Assembly (NCBI GenBank): GCA_903900795.1
Contig: CAIUOO010000425.1
Coordinates: 1-63,556 of the forward strand
Direction: 5' to 3'
DNA length: 63,556 nt
Source: an uncultured Gemmatimonadota bacterium
GTDB taxonomy: Bacteria; Gemmatimonadota; Gemmatimonadetes; Gemmatimonadales; Gemmatimonadaceae
Made by a program: the position numbers and the translations under genes. This document shows positions 18,398 to 28,200 of this stretch, in pieces. The stretch's first letter is position 1, and each line of letters starts with the position of its first letter. Under the pieces are notes generated by a model. It had not been told where the DNA came from. It did not search any database and was given only the letters and a program-made list of their open reading frames with translations.

Positions 18398-19635
18398 ACG
18401 CCCTCCTCAGATGGAAATCCTGGAATCGACTCGGGAAGCGGACGCCCCTCGCCAGCGATCGCGGCCACAATCCCGTCCCGGAGCCACAGATCGAACGGGG
18501 CACCGGATACGAACTGATCCCGCCCGATCAAAGTAGCGCCCTCGGGCGTTCGCGCCACCGCAAACCCTCGCGCCAGTGTGCTCAAGGGCGAGAGGGCGTG
18601 CAGCTGGCCGGCCAGTGACTCCACCCGGGCGCGACGACGCTCCACGATTCGCGTGGCGGCAAGCCCGAGGCGCTTCTGCACCTGCGAGAGCGAGGCGACG
18701 GCGCGGTCCTCACGACGACGGGCCGCTGCGGCCAGGCGACTGCCGAGCGACTCGACCCGAGCGATCACCTCGCGACGTGATGGGACCGCCAATTCGGCCG
18801 CCGCCGACGGTGTCGCCGCCCGTACGTCTGCGACCAGATCACAGATCGTCACGTCGACCTCGTGGCCGACGGCTGAGATCGTGGGCATGGGACAGGCCGC
18901 GAGCGCCCTCGCCACCCGCTCGTCATTGAAGGCCCACAGATCTTCACGTGCCCCACCACCGCGACCGATGATCAGCACGTCGGCGTCCTGCCACCGGCTC
19001 ACGCGTTCAATCGCCGACACCAGCGACTCCGGCGCGCCCTCACCCTGCACTTTGGCGGCGACGATCACGATCTCCACGTCGGCACTGCGGGCCCGCGCCA
19101 CGGTGATAATGTCGTGCATGGCCGCGCCATCGGGGCTCGTGATCACGGCAATCCGACGCGGAAACGCCGGAAGCGCCCGCTTGCGGGCCGGATCGAGCAA
19201 CCCATCCTTCTCGAGACTGAGCCGCGTGCGTTCGAGCGCCTTGCGCCACAGGCCATCGCCTTCCGCTTCGAGCGTGCGCACGGAAAACTGGAGATCACCG
19301 CGCACCGGCCAGACGGTCATCTGGCCGTAGGCCAGTACTTGCATCCCGTCGTCGGGCGGGGCCGGAATACGCTTGGCGGCGGTACTCCAGATCACGCACT
19401 TCACCTGGGCCTCGGCGTCCCGCAGCGCGAAGTACCAATGCCCGTTCCGGTGCGCCTTGAAATCACTGACCTCACCACGCACCCACAATGGCGGAAACGC
19501 GCCTTCGATCAGATCCTTGGCGGCGCTGGTGAGCGTGTGCACGGCAATCGCCGACTCCGGCGCACTGCCGGGCGCCTCGTCGGACGGCACCGGCGGCCCG
19601 TAGCTGTGATATCCGCTGGAACGGCGTCCGGCCAC
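18394..19635 (-). CDS. xseA: exodeoxyribonuclease VII large subunit
   Basis: WVRGEVS, GHWYFALRD, RGGGAREDLWAFNDE, AVGHEVD, TPSAAAE. Confidence 0.95.
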   Translation of the reverse strand: MAGRRSSGYHSYGPPVPSDEAPGSAPESAIAVHTLTSAAKDLIEGAFPPLWVRGEVSDFKAHRNGHWYFALRDAEAQVKCVIWSTAAKRIPAPPDDGMQVLAYGQMTVWPVRGDLQFSVRTLEAEGDGLWRKALERTRLSLEKDGLLDPARKRALPAFPRRIAVITSPDGAAMHDIITVARARSADVEIVIVAAKVQGEGAPESLVSAIERVSRWQDADVLIIGRGGGAREDLWAFNDERVARALAACPMPTISAVGHEVDVTICDLVADVRAATPSAAAELAVPSRREVIARVESLGSRLAAAARRREDRAVASLSQVQKRLGLAATRIVERRRARVESLAGQLHALSPLSTLARGFAVARTPEGATLIGRDQFVSGAPFDLWLRDGIVAAIAGEGRPLPESIPGFPSEEGV

Positions 19636-19640
19636 GCGAC

Positions 19641-20525
19641 TCAGCTCACCGTGCGTTGAGCCGCACGCACGGTATTGCGCAACAACATCGCGATCGTCAT
19701 CGGTCCAACGCCGCCGGGCACCGGCGTGATCCGTGACGCGACCTCCACCGCGCTCGCGAAATGCACGTCACCGCAGAGCCGACTCCCGTTGGCGCGCGTG
19801 GCATCGGGCACGCTGTTCATACCGACATCGATCACCACCGCGCCGGGCTTGATCATGTCGCCCGTGATCATTTCCGCACGCCCCGCCGCGACAATCAGGA
19901 TATCGGCCCGACGCGTGTGCGATGCCAGGTCCTTCGTCCGGCTGTGACAGATCGTCACCGTCGCGTCGCCGCCGGCCCGCGCCTGCACGAGCAACGCCGC
20001 CATCGGCTTACCGACGATGTTGCTGCGACCGACCACCACCACTTCCGCCCCACGTGTGTCCACGCCGCTGCGCAACAGCAATTCGATCACACCCGCCGGC
20101 GTACACGACACGAAGCCATCGGTATGCCCGATCAGCAGCTTGCCGACATTCTCCGGATGGAACCCATCGACATCCTTGTCAGACCGAATGTGCCGGATCA
20201 CCGTGTCGGGATCGATGTGTGTGGGCAGCGGCATTTGCACCAGAATCCCGTGCACCGCCGGGTTACCGTTCAGCTGCTCGATGAGCGTTAGCAACGCCGC
20301 CTGTGTCGTATCGGCCGGCAGACGAATCGTTCCGCCCGTCATGCCCGCTTCGCGAGACGCCTTTTCCTTGGCACCCACATAGGTCGCGCTGGCGATGTCC
20401 TCACCGACGAGGACCACCATCAGTCCAGGCACAACGCCACGCGCCCGCAGCGCGGCGACCTCGCGTGCGACGTCCGCCCGCACATCGGCCGCGATGGCCT
20501 TCCCGTCGATCAGCTCAGCGCGCAA
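19641..20525 (-). CDS. folD: methylene-THF dehydrogenase/cyclohydrolase
   Basis: [33 protein letters not shown]. Confidence 0.97.
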   Translation of the reverse strand: MRAELIDGKAIAADVRADVAREVAALRARGVVPGLMVVLVGEDIASATYVGAKEKASREAGMTGGTIRLPADTTQAALLTLIEQLNGNPAVHGILVQMPLPTHIDPDTVIRHIRSDKDVDGFHPENVGKLLIGHTDGFVSCTPAGVIELLLRSGVDTRGAEVVVVGRSNIVGKPMAALLVQARAGGDATVTICHSRTKDLASHTRRADILIVAAGRAEMITGDMIKPGAVVIDVGMNSVPDATRANGSRLCGDVHFASAVEVASRITPVPGGVGPMTIAMLLRNTVRAAQRTVS

Positions 20526-22101
20526 AGTCCACCGCCCGGCTCTCGCGAATGACCACCACCTTGATCTGCCCCGGATACTGCAATTCGGACTCGATGCGAC
20601 GCGCGATCTCTTCCGACAGTGCCGTCATGCGCGTGTCGTCCACCTGTTCCGGCGTCACCACCACGCGGATCTCCCGGCCCGCTTGGATGGCAAAGACCCG
20701 CTCTACGCCGCGATAGCTCGACGCGATCTTTTCCAGACCCTCGAGCCGCTTGACGTAGGTCTCGAACGCCTCGCGGCGCGCTCCCGGACGCGACCCGGAA
20801 ATGCTATCACCGGCCTGCACGAGGACCGACACCTCACTCTCGTGCGGTACGTCATCATGGTGGGCCGCGATGCAGTTCACCACCAGCGGATTCTCACCGT
20901 ACTTCGTGGCGACCTCGACCCCGAGTTGCACGTGCGTCCCTTCATGCTCGTGCGTGAGCACCTTCCCGATATCGTGCAGCAGCGCCCCACGTTTCGCGAG
21001 CGCGACATCGAGCCCCAGTTCGGCCGCCATCATGCCGGCCAACCATGCCACTTCCTTTGAATGCGCGAGGATGTTCTGCCCATAACTGGTACGCCATTTC
21101 ATGCGCCCGATCAGCTTGATGAGCTCGGGATGCAACCCGGCCACCCCGACGTCATACGCGGCCTGCTCGCCAGTCTCGACAATCGCGACTTCGACTTCTT
21201 TCCTGGCTTTCGCGACCACTTCCTCGATGCGCCCCGGATGGATGCGGCCATCGCTTACGAGCTTCTCGAGGGCGAGGCGTGCCGTTTCTCGACGGACGGG
21301 ATCGAAACAGGAGACGACCACGGTGTCTGGCGTGTCGTCGATAATCACGTCGACCCCGGTGGCCAGTTCGAAGGCGCGGATGTTCCGCCCCTCGCGGCCG
21401 ATGATGCGCCCCTTCATCTCGTCATTCGGGAGCGACACGGCTGACACAGTGATCTCGGCGGTCGTTTCGGCCGCCACGCGCTGCACAGCGAGCGCGACGA
21501 TCTTCTTCGCCTCCCGATCGGCATTGCGCTTGGCCGACTCCCGAATCTCGCGCAAACGACTGGCGGCATCAGCCAGCGCTTCATCTTCCAGACGACGAAT
21601 GAGCTCGGCCTTCGCCTGATCGGCGCTCAGACCGGCCAACTGTTCGAGCTTACGCCGTTCGTCAGCGATGAGCTTATCGAGCTCCTGCTCTTTGGACGTC
21701 GCCACCGACTCGCGTCGCCCCACGTCGGATCCGCGCCGCTGCACTTCCTGCTCGCGGCTCTCGAGCGACTCACGGGCGCGATCAAGCTGCGCCTCCCGTT
21801 CGAGGACCCGCTTCTCTTCACGTTCAAGCTCGACCCGGCGCAGACGCATGTCCTGCTCATGCGACTCACGGAGCTGGAGCACCTCCTCCTTGCCTGCGAC
21901 GATGGCGCTCCGTCGCAGCGTCTCCGCCTCACGCTGCGCCTCATTCAGCACGCGCACCGCGCCTTCCTCGGCGGCGACGAGCGCCCGCTGTTGCTCAGCG
22001 GTCTCCACCTTACGCCACGACTGTCGTCCGACCACGAACGCGACGACAGCCGCGATAAACCCAAGGGCGCCAACTAGCGCCGCTGCGGGAATCTCGCCCA
22101 T
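20515..22101 (-). CDS. rny: ribonuclease Y
   Basis: N-terminal TM helix, coiled coil, KH domain ([14 protein letters not shown]), HD domain (LLHDIGK), SRPGARRE. Confidence 0.97.
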   Translation of the reverse strand: MGEIPAAALVGALGFIAAVVAFVVGRQSWRKVETAEQQRALVAAEEGAVRVLNEAQREAETLRRSAIVAGKEEVLQLRESHEQDMRLRRVELEREEKRVLEREAQLDRARESLESREQEVQRRGSDVGRRESVATSKEQELDKLIADERRKLEQLAGLSADQAKAELIRRLEDEALADAASRLREIRESAKRNADREAKKIVALAVQRVAAETTAEITVSAVSLPNDEMKGRIIGREGRNIRAFELATGVDVIIDDTPDTVVVSCFDPVRRETARLALEKLVSDGRIHPGRIEEVVAKARKEVEVAIVETGEQAAYDVGVAGLHPELIKLIGRMKWRTSYGQNILAHSKEVAWLAGMMAAELGLDVALAKRGALLHDIGKVLTHEHEGTHVQLGVEVATKYGENPLVVNCIAAHHDDVPHESEVSVLVQAGDSISGSRPGARREAFETYVKRLEGLEKIASSYRGVERVFAIQAGREIRVVVTPEQVDDTRMTALSEEIARRIESELQYPGQIKVVVIRESRAVDFAR

Positions 22102-22163
22102 GAGGATCTATGCTCCACCGCGCCTACGCGCGGGTTCTTGATCGTTATTCCAGCAGATCTATC

Positions 22164-22338
22164 GTGCGCACGGGACGGGCGACTGTCACGATGCGCCGCG
22201 GCCGGCGGAGAGGGAGCGACCTCCGCTGCCGCGGCACAGGGGTGCGCGCGTACCGTTGACTCTCAGAACGTACGGACGCGTCGGGAGGCCCGCAACGGGG
22301 AGGCCCGTCAGCCGCCCTCCCGCCCCCTTTCTGCGGAC
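22164..22338 (-). ncRNA. ssrS: structured RNA, candidate 6S RNA
   Basis: Closing helix pairing 22306-22322 with 22171-22190, internal helices, about 175 nt, immediately downstream of zapA (the usual ssrS locus); boundaries approximate. Confidence 0.5.
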
Positions 22339-22348
22339 GAGTCGCCAC

Positions 22349-22660
22349 TCAGAGCGAATGGCCGTCGTCGACCCGCATCGCCGGCGGCAGGAGCGGACGA
22401 ATGTCGGCAGCGAGGTGTCGCATGTCGGTCGTGAGCGTTTCCACGGCGGATCGTTCACGGAACAGTTCGTCCGTGATCTGCAGTGCCGCCAGGATGGCCG
22501 CCTTCTGCGTTTCCATCGTCGAGCCGCCGCCCATGATCGCTCGGATCGTCCGGTCGACGTGTTCGGCCACGGCTTTAGTGTGCTCTGGGGACGCCTCGGT
22601 GCGTAGGGTGTAGTCCTCGCCAATAATTCGGACTTTGACCACCAGCTTATTGTCGATCAC
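22349..22660 (-). CDS. zapA: cell division protein ZapA
   Basis: VKVRIIGEDYTL...AVAEHVD...AAILAALQITDEL. Confidence 0.9.
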   Translation of the reverse strand: MIDNKLVVKVRIIGEDYTLRTEASPEHTKAVAEHVDRTIRAIMGGGSTMETQKAAILAALQITDELFRERSAVETLTTDMRHLAADIRPLLPPAMRVDDGHSL

Positions 22661-23097
22661 CGTTCCGCTCCCTGCCCGATTTGCTGCCGGAGAAAGCGCG
22701 CCCGCTCGCCAAGTTGTCTCGTTTTCTCCCCCGCCTCGGAGAGGCGAGACCGCAACCGCTCATTCTCGCGCGCCAGTTCGCTGTCGACCGCCTGCGGCGT
22801 GGCGGCCTCTGCCGCTGCGGAGAACGCTGACTGAACGCGAACGACCTCCGCTCGAGCGAGCTCGGCTTTGGCCTCCAGCTCGCGAACCTTTGCTTCGAGC
22901 AGGGCCCGCGCCTGGGCCGAACGCAGCCCGTCGGCCCGGACTTCGATCAACGTGCCGTCACGCTCGGCCACCAACTGCTCGAGTTCACGGGTGCGCGACT
23001 CGGCGGCCAGCGCCCGACGTCGGTACCCCGACAGCTGGTCGCTGAGGTTTCGAACGAGCGTATCGAGCTCGCGAAACGCGATCGTATCAGGACGCAC
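22657..23097 (-). CDS. coiled-coil protein (ZapB-like position)
   Basis: All-helical heptad pattern; lies between pheT and zapA and overlaps both. Confidence 0.7.
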   Translation of the reverse strand: MRPDTIAFRELDTLVRNLSDQLSGYRRRALAAESRTRELEQLVAERDGTLIEVRADGLRSAQARALLEAKVRELEAKAELARAEVVRVQSAFSAAAEAATPQAVDSELARENERLRSRLSEAGEKTRQLGERARFLRQQIGQGAER

Positions 23098-25528
23098 GTG
23101 GACGGATACCGAGTTCCTGGTCGAGGAGATCCAGCAGGCGGGCGCGCCGACCTTCGATTTCCTTGTCCCGCAGCGTGCGCTCGGGATGACGGAACGTCAA
23201 CCGCCATCCGAGACTCCGATGCGCGTCCGGCACACCCGCACCGCGGAATTCATCGAACAGGCTCACCTGCTCCAGGAGGTCACCACCGGCGCGGCGCAGC
23301 GCCTGCTCCACCGTCGCGGAGGCGACGCCGTCCGGCACCAGCAACGCCAGATCGATCTCAGCGGCTGGTGTCGTCGGGAGAGCCGTGAAGCGAATGACCG
23401 CCGACCCAGGCGATTCCCGCCCGATCGCGGCCGTCTCGTGGCCATTGGACCGCGGGGCTGCCACATCGGCCGAGGGCATGACGCCGAGTGTCACCTCGAC
23501 GCCGAATGCCTGGCTGGCCCACACCGGACGGTCGAGCGCGACCACCTCCACCCGACCGACCTCGCCCACTTCGCTGACAGACAGCACCCAAATTGCTGGA
23601 GCCAATCCAGCCGCCACGGTGGCGACCCGGCCCGGGAACGCCGCCGCCAGCACGCGCACCGCGATCTCCTTCGCATCCCACAGGTCGAACGCCGGCGGCT
23701 GTGGCTCCGTGAAATGCGGCGGACGACGGCTGCCCATGATCAGGGCCCCCACACGGACCTCCTCACGCGGTAAGCGGTCCGACGCCCCCAGGAACACGTT
23801 GCCGACTTCGAAGAGCCGCAAGTTGCCCTGCATGCGCGTCAGATTGTACTCCGCCCGACGGGCCAGCGTATCGAGGATCGAGGCACGCAGGAACGGCTCG
23901 TCCTCCGCCAGCGGATTGCGCACGCGCGGTGTGTGCTCGTCGCCAGTGCTGGTAAACGGCATTGGCCGCGTTTCGGCGAGTCCCATGCCCACCAGCAGAT
24001 CGCGCACCCGACGACCGGCGAGGTGCAGCGGATGATCCGGCGCGTTTCCCGGCCGGAACGCCCGCAGCTCATCAGGCAAGCTGTCGAAGCCGACCAGTCG
24101 CGCGACCTCTTCGATCAGATCCACTTCGAGGAGCAGGTCATGTCTCCACGTCGGTGGCGTGACCAGTAACCCGTGCGCGTCTTCGACGATCATGCAGCCG
24201 AGCGACTCCAGACGGTGACGAATCTCCGACGGTGCAACGACGACACCGAGCACGCGCGCCAGTCGTGACGGACGCACCGTCACCGCATGGCGCGCAGCCG
24301 TCGGCTCGGCCACGTCGATGAATTCGACGACCTGACCACCGGCAACCTGCACGATCAGTGCCGCCGCGGTGCGGGCCACGTCGAGCGTGTTGCCCCCGTC
24401 GATACCTCGCTCATAACGATACGACGCGTCGGTCGACAGATTCACGGCGCGACGCACGCGACGCACGAAGCGCGGTGCAAACTGCGCCACCTCCAGCAGC
24501 ACCTCGGTGGTCGACGCGGTGACTTCGCTGTCGAGTCCACCCATCACTCCGGCCAGCGCGACGGGACGTTCCCCGTCGCAGATCACCGTGGTACCAACCG
24601 CTATCGCGCGCGTGGTGCCGTCGAGGGTCACAATCACTTCACCATCGATCGTTGGCCGCACCACGATGGACTTGCCAGACAACTTGGCGAGATCGAACGC
24701 ATGTACCGGCTGCCCGAGGCCGTGCAGCACATAGTTGGTCGCATCGACCACGTTGCTGATGCTGCGCTGTCCGATGCTCTCAAGACGCACGCGAAGCCAA
24801 TCGGGACTCGGGCCGACCTGCACACCGGTAATCACCGCCGCGACGTACCGCGGGCAGCTCACCGTATCGTCGACACGCACCGTCGCATACGCACCGGCAG
24901 CACTCGACGGCGCACTGTGCACCGGCACATTCGGTGCCGCCGGCACGATCTCCGCGGGCCGCTCGGACATCGGCACGCCAAGTACGGCCGCGATTTCACG
25001 TGCCACCCCCACGTGCGACAACAGGTCGGGCCGATTCGGCAACACGTCGAGATCCAATCGCGCATCGGCGATCGGCAGCACGTCGAGGAGTGGAGTGCCG
25101 GGTACTACGTCGGTGTCAAGCGCGAGGATGCCGTCGTGCTCCTGACCGAGCCCCAGCTCACGCGAGGAGCAGAGCATGCCGTTGCTCGTCTCCCCGCGGA
25201 TCTTCCGCTTCTCAATCTTGAGGCCGCCGGGCATGATGGTGCCGGTGCGCGCGAACGGATACTTGGTGCCCGCGACGACATTGGGCGCGCCGCAAACCAC
25301 GTCGAGCAGCGTGCCGCTACCGTCATCCACCTTGGTCACCCAGAGATGATCGGAGTTGGGATGTCGCCCCGCTTCGACGACCTGCGCCACGACGAACGAT
25401 GCGAGCTCGGTCCCGAGCCGTTCTATGTTGTCGAGCGTGACGCAGTGGCGACTCAGCGCATCACCGATCTCCTGTGCGGTGCGCGTATGCGGCACAAACT
25501 GCTTGAGCCATTCATGAGAAACGATCAT
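23087..25528 (-). CDS. pheT: phenylalanine-tRNA ligase beta subunit
   Basis: HPNSDHL, VVCGAPN, SNGMLCS, PNRPD, GQPVHAFD, RYERG, DLIEEVAR, FDX-ACB C-terminus. Confidence 0.97.
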   Translation of the reverse strand: MIVSHEWLKQFVPHTRTAQEIGDALSRHCVTLDNIERLGTELASFVVAQVVEAGRHPNSDHLWVTKVDDGSGTLLDVVCGAPNVVAGTKYPFARTGTIMPGGLKIEKRKIRGETSNGMLCSSRELGLGQEHDGILALDTDVVPGTPLLDVLPIADARLDLDVLPNRPDLLSHVGVAREIAAVLGVPMSERPAEIVPAAPNVPVHSAPSSAAGAYATVRVDDTVSCPRYVAAVITGVQVGPSPDWLRVRLESIGQRSISNVVDATNYVLHGLGQPVHAFDLAKLSGKSIVVRPTIDGEVIVTLDGTTRAIAVGTTVICDGERPVALAGVMGGLDSEVTASTTEVLLEVAQFAPRFVRRVRRAVNLSTDASYRYERGIDGGNTLDVARTAAALIVQVAGGQVVEFIDVAEPTAARHAVTVRPSRLARVLGVVVAPSEIRHRLESLGCMIVEDAHGLLVTPPTWRHDLLLEVDLIEEVARLVGFDSLPDELRAFRPGNAPDHPLHLAGRRVRDLLVGMGLAETRPMPFTSTGDEHTPRVRNPLAEDEPFLRASILDTLARRAEYNLTRMQGNLRLFEVGNVFLGASDRLPREEVRVGALIMGSRRPPHFTEPQPPAFDLWDAKEIAVRVLAAAFPGRVATVAAGLAPAIWVLSVSEVGEVGRVEVVALDRPVWASQAFGVEVTLGVMPSADVAAPRSNGHETAAIGRESPGSAVIRFTALPTTPAAEIDLALLVPDGVASATVEQALRRAGGDLLEQVSLFDEFRGAGVPDAHRSLGWRLTFRHPERTLRDKEIEGRRARLLDLLDQELGIRPRAS

Positions 25529-26535
25529 CGCGCGAACTGCTCCAGGAAACGGACATCGGAATCATACAGGACGCGGATGTCGCTGATGTCGTAGCGCGAC
25601 ATCGCGATGCGCGCCGGCCCCATGCCAAACGCCCACCCGGTGAATTTCTCGCTATCGAGACCGGCATCCTCGAGCACGTGCGGATGCACCATACCGCATC
25701 CGAGAATTTCAACCCAGCGCAGTCCCTTGCCGTCGTTCAGGTCGACTTCGACATCCATCTGCGCACCGGGTTCGACGAACGGGAAGTACGAGGGCCCGAA
25801 ACGCACGCGACGCGAGGCACCGTAGAAGCGCCGCGCGAACTGCGCGAGGGTCGCCTTGAGATCGACGAACGAAATGCCTTCGTCCACCGCCAGGCCCTCG
25901 AGCTGCATGAACGCCGGGGCATGCGTCGCGTCGAAGAAGTCGCGGCGATAGACCTGCCCTGGCGCGAGCACGCGGACGGGCGGCTTGTACTGTTGCAGCG
26001 TGCGCACCTGGACCGGCGAGGTATGCGTACGCAAGAGGGTATCCTGGCCGAGGTACAACGTGTCATGCAACTCCATCGCCGGATGATCCGGGGGGAAGTT
26101 GAGTGCACCGAAGTTGTACCACTCCGTTTCGGCTTCCGGCCCGAGCGCGATCGTGAATCCGAGCTCGCGGAAGATCTCACAGATCTCATCAATCACGAGC
26201 GTGACCGGGTGCAACGATCCGCGCCACGCACCACGCGCCGGCATCGTCGCATCGACGGTCGAGGCCGCCGTGGCCGAGGCCTGTCGAGCCGCAAAGCCAT
26301 CCAATGCGTCCTGGATGCCCTGCTTGAGCGTGTTGAACGCGGTGCCCGCCGCACGGCGATCGTCGGCCGGCAGCGCACGGAGGGCGCCCTGCAGTGCCGC
26401 GAGGCGGTCATCCTTGAGGGCATTGAGCTGGCCCTTCGCGACATCGAGCCGCGTGTCGGGTTCGAGCCCGTCAAGCAATACGCGCGCGTTGTGCGCGAGG
26501 GCATTCGCCTGGGCGAGATACTCGGAAAGTTGCAC
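25525..26535 (-). CDS. pheS: phenylalanine-tRNA ligase alpha subunit
   Basis: HPVT, NFGALNFPPDHPA, LRTHTSPVQ, YFPFVEP, EILGCGMVHP, AFGMG; start placed at GTG 26535 (uncertain). Confidence 0.95.
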   Translation of the reverse strand: MQLSEYLAQANALAHNARVLLDGLEPDTRLDVAKGQLNALKDDRLAALQGALRALPADDRRAAGTAFNTLKQGIQDALDGFAARQASATAASTVDATMPARGAWRGSLHPVTLVIDEICEIFRELGFTIALGPEAETEWYNFGALNFPPDHPAMELHDTLYLGQDTLLRTHTSPVQVRTLQQYKPPVRVLAPGQVYRRDFFDATHAPAFMQLEGLAVDEGISFVDLKATLAQFARRFYGASRRVRFGPSYFPFVEPGAQMDVEVDLNDGKGLRWVEILGCGMVHPHVLEDAGLDSEKFTGWAFGMGPARIAMSRYDISDIRVLYDSDVRFLEQFAR

Positions 26536-26599
26536 GAGACGAAATCGGAAATCGGGGGATCGCGACGGATGGCGGAGCGGGGCCGCCGCGGATGCACGA

Positions 26600-26627
26600 A
26601 GGGCCGGCATCGATTGATGCCGGCCCT
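26600..26627. repeat. perfect 12-bp hairpin between rplT and pheS
   Basis: AGGGCCGGCATC-GATT-GATGCCGGCCCT; no strong U tract. Confidence 0.7.
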
Positions 26628-26692
26628 ACAACTTAACCATGAACGGCACGGCCGCTCATGCCCGGCTGCACGTGGCCGTTCGGCCGCGACCG

Positions 26693-27082
26693 TTAGGCGG
26701 CGACCGTCTTGGCGGCTACCGTCTTGGCGTCGATCGCCTTGCGCACCTGCTCGGCGATGAGCGCAAACGCTTCCGGCTCGCGCACGGCGAGGTCGGCGAG
26801 AACCTTCCGGTCGATCTCGATACCAGCGGCGTGGAGGCCGTTGATGAACACGCTGTAGGACATGTCGTGCATGCGCGCCGCGGCGTTGATACGCACGATC
26901 CAGAGGCGACGGAAGTCGCGCTTCTTGTTCTTGCGGTCGCGGTACGCATAGCGCCAACCACGCTCCACGGTTTCCTTGGCGGCCTTCCAGAGCTTGGACC
27001 GGCCACCAAAGGCACCCTTGGCGTGCTTCAGGATCTGTTTCTTCCGCTTGAGGCGGACGACGTTTGATTTTACGCGGGGCAT
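26693..27082 (-). CDS. rplT: 50S ribosomal protein L20
   Basis: [41 protein letters not shown]. Confidence 0.98.
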   Translation of the reverse strand: MPRVKSNVVRLKRKKQILKHAKGAFGGRSKLWKAAKETVERGWRYAYRDRKNKKRDFRRLWIVRINAAARMHDMSYSVFINGLHAAGIEIDRKVLADLAVREPEAFALIAEQVRKAIDAKTVAAKTVAA

Positions 27083-27091
27083 AGTAGGTCC

Positions 27092-27289
27092 TCAGGCCAG
27101 GATAAGACGCTTGATACGCTTTGCTTCGCCGTTGGTCTCGACGATGGTCGGGCGGCGGAGATTGCGCTTACGCTTCGACGTCTTCTTGGTCAGGATGTGG
27201 CTCTTGTAGGCCTTCAGACGCCGCACCTTCCCCGATCCCGTTACGGTGAAGCGCTTCTTGGCGCCGCTATGGGTCTTCATCTTCGGCAT
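27092..27289 (-). CDS. rpmI: 50S ribosomal protein L35
   Basis: [14 protein letters not shown]...HILTKK; start at ATG 27289 with GGAG SD. Confidence 0.97.
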   Translation of the reverse strand: MPKMKTHSGAKKRFTVTGSGKVRRLKAYKSHILTKKTSKRKRNLRRPTIVETNGEAKRIKRLILA

Positions 27290-27355
27290 ATTCTGCTCAC
27301 GGCTACGGTCAACCGCTCCGATGCGGAAGCGGCCCTGCATGCGATCACGCGCTGC

Positions 27356-27874
27356 TTACTTCGGCGCGAGAATCATCGTCATCGATTTACCTTCCATGGA
27401 CGGCGCGCTCTCGATCTTGGCGAGATCGGTGAGTTCCTGAGCCACCCGATCGACCACCTGCCTGCCAAGCTCAGGATGGGCGATCTGTCGGCCGCGGAAC
27501 ATGAGCGTCACCTTCACCTTGTTGCCTTCCTCGAGGAATCGCCGCGCGTGGCGGGTCTTCGTCTCGAAGTCGTGATCATCGATGCCCGGTCGGTACTTGA
27601 CCTCTTTCAGATGAATCACATGCTGCTTCTTCTTCGCGATGCGCGCCTGCTTAGCCTGCTCGAACTTGAACTTCCCGAAGTCCATAATGCGGACCACGGG
27701 CGGCCGAGCAGCGGCCGCCACTTCGACGAGATCCAGCCCCTGCTCGACTGCTTGGGCGAGCGCCACGTCGACTTCCATGATACCGAGCTGACTTCCGTCG
27801 GCGCCGATCACGCGAACCGGACTGATGCGGATCTGTCGGTTCACCCGTGGCGGACGCTTCGTCGAATCCTGAAT
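27356..27874 (-). CDS. infC: translation initiation factor IF-3 (ATT start)
   Basis: RVNRQIRI, DLVEV, PPVVRIMDFGKF, KEVKYRP, FRGRQ; GGAG SD 8 nt upstream of ATT at 27874. Confidence 0.95.
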   Translation of the reverse strand: MQDSTKRPPRVNRQIRISPVRVIGADGSQLGIMEVDVALAQAVEQGLDLVEVAAAARPPVVRIMDFGKFKFEQAKQARIAKKKQHVIHLKEVKYRPGIDDHDFETKTRHARRFLEEGNKVKVTLMFRGRQIAHPELGRQVVDRVAQELTDLAKIESAPSMEGKSMTMILAPK

Positions 27875-27890
27875 AGGCCGTGCTCCAGAA

Positions 27891-27930
27891 GAAGAAACAG
27901 AAAACGCGGACCCCTGGAGGAGTCCGCGTC
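27891..27930 (-). terminator. intrinsic terminator/attenuator in the infC leader
   Basis: ACGCGGACTCC-TCCA-GGGGTCCGCGT stem followed by TTTCTGTTTC, ending just before the infC SD. Confidence 0.65.
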
Positions 27931-28146
27931 GCGCACCACGTAGGCCCCAATCTGCACCCACCACGGGCGAGAACGAGAGACACGGTGTCGATCGACTCCA
28001 GCAGCACACCTCCGCAGCACAGAGGCTGGCGAGAGGGCCGAAGGGTGGGACCGGCGTCGCTGCCGGCCCGCTTCTCAATTGTGAACGCGGCGTTGATGCC
28101 GCACTCGGAGCTGCGGCATGACAACCGCCGCAGCGATAACCTTAGA

Positions 28147-28174
28147 AACGTAGACGGCTGGGGCGCAACGTCAA
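28147..28174 (-). promoter_or_regulatory. sigma70-like promoter of infC-rpmI-rplT
   Basis: TTGACG-N16-TACGTT. Confidence 0.55.
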
Positions 28175-28200
28175 GGGGCACCACCAGTTCCGCGCGAGAT

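Noticed and set aside
27875-28078. 67-aa N-terminal extension of IF3 in the ORF track
   Set aside because: It crosses a terminator-like hairpin; SD plus ATT at 27874 explains initiation
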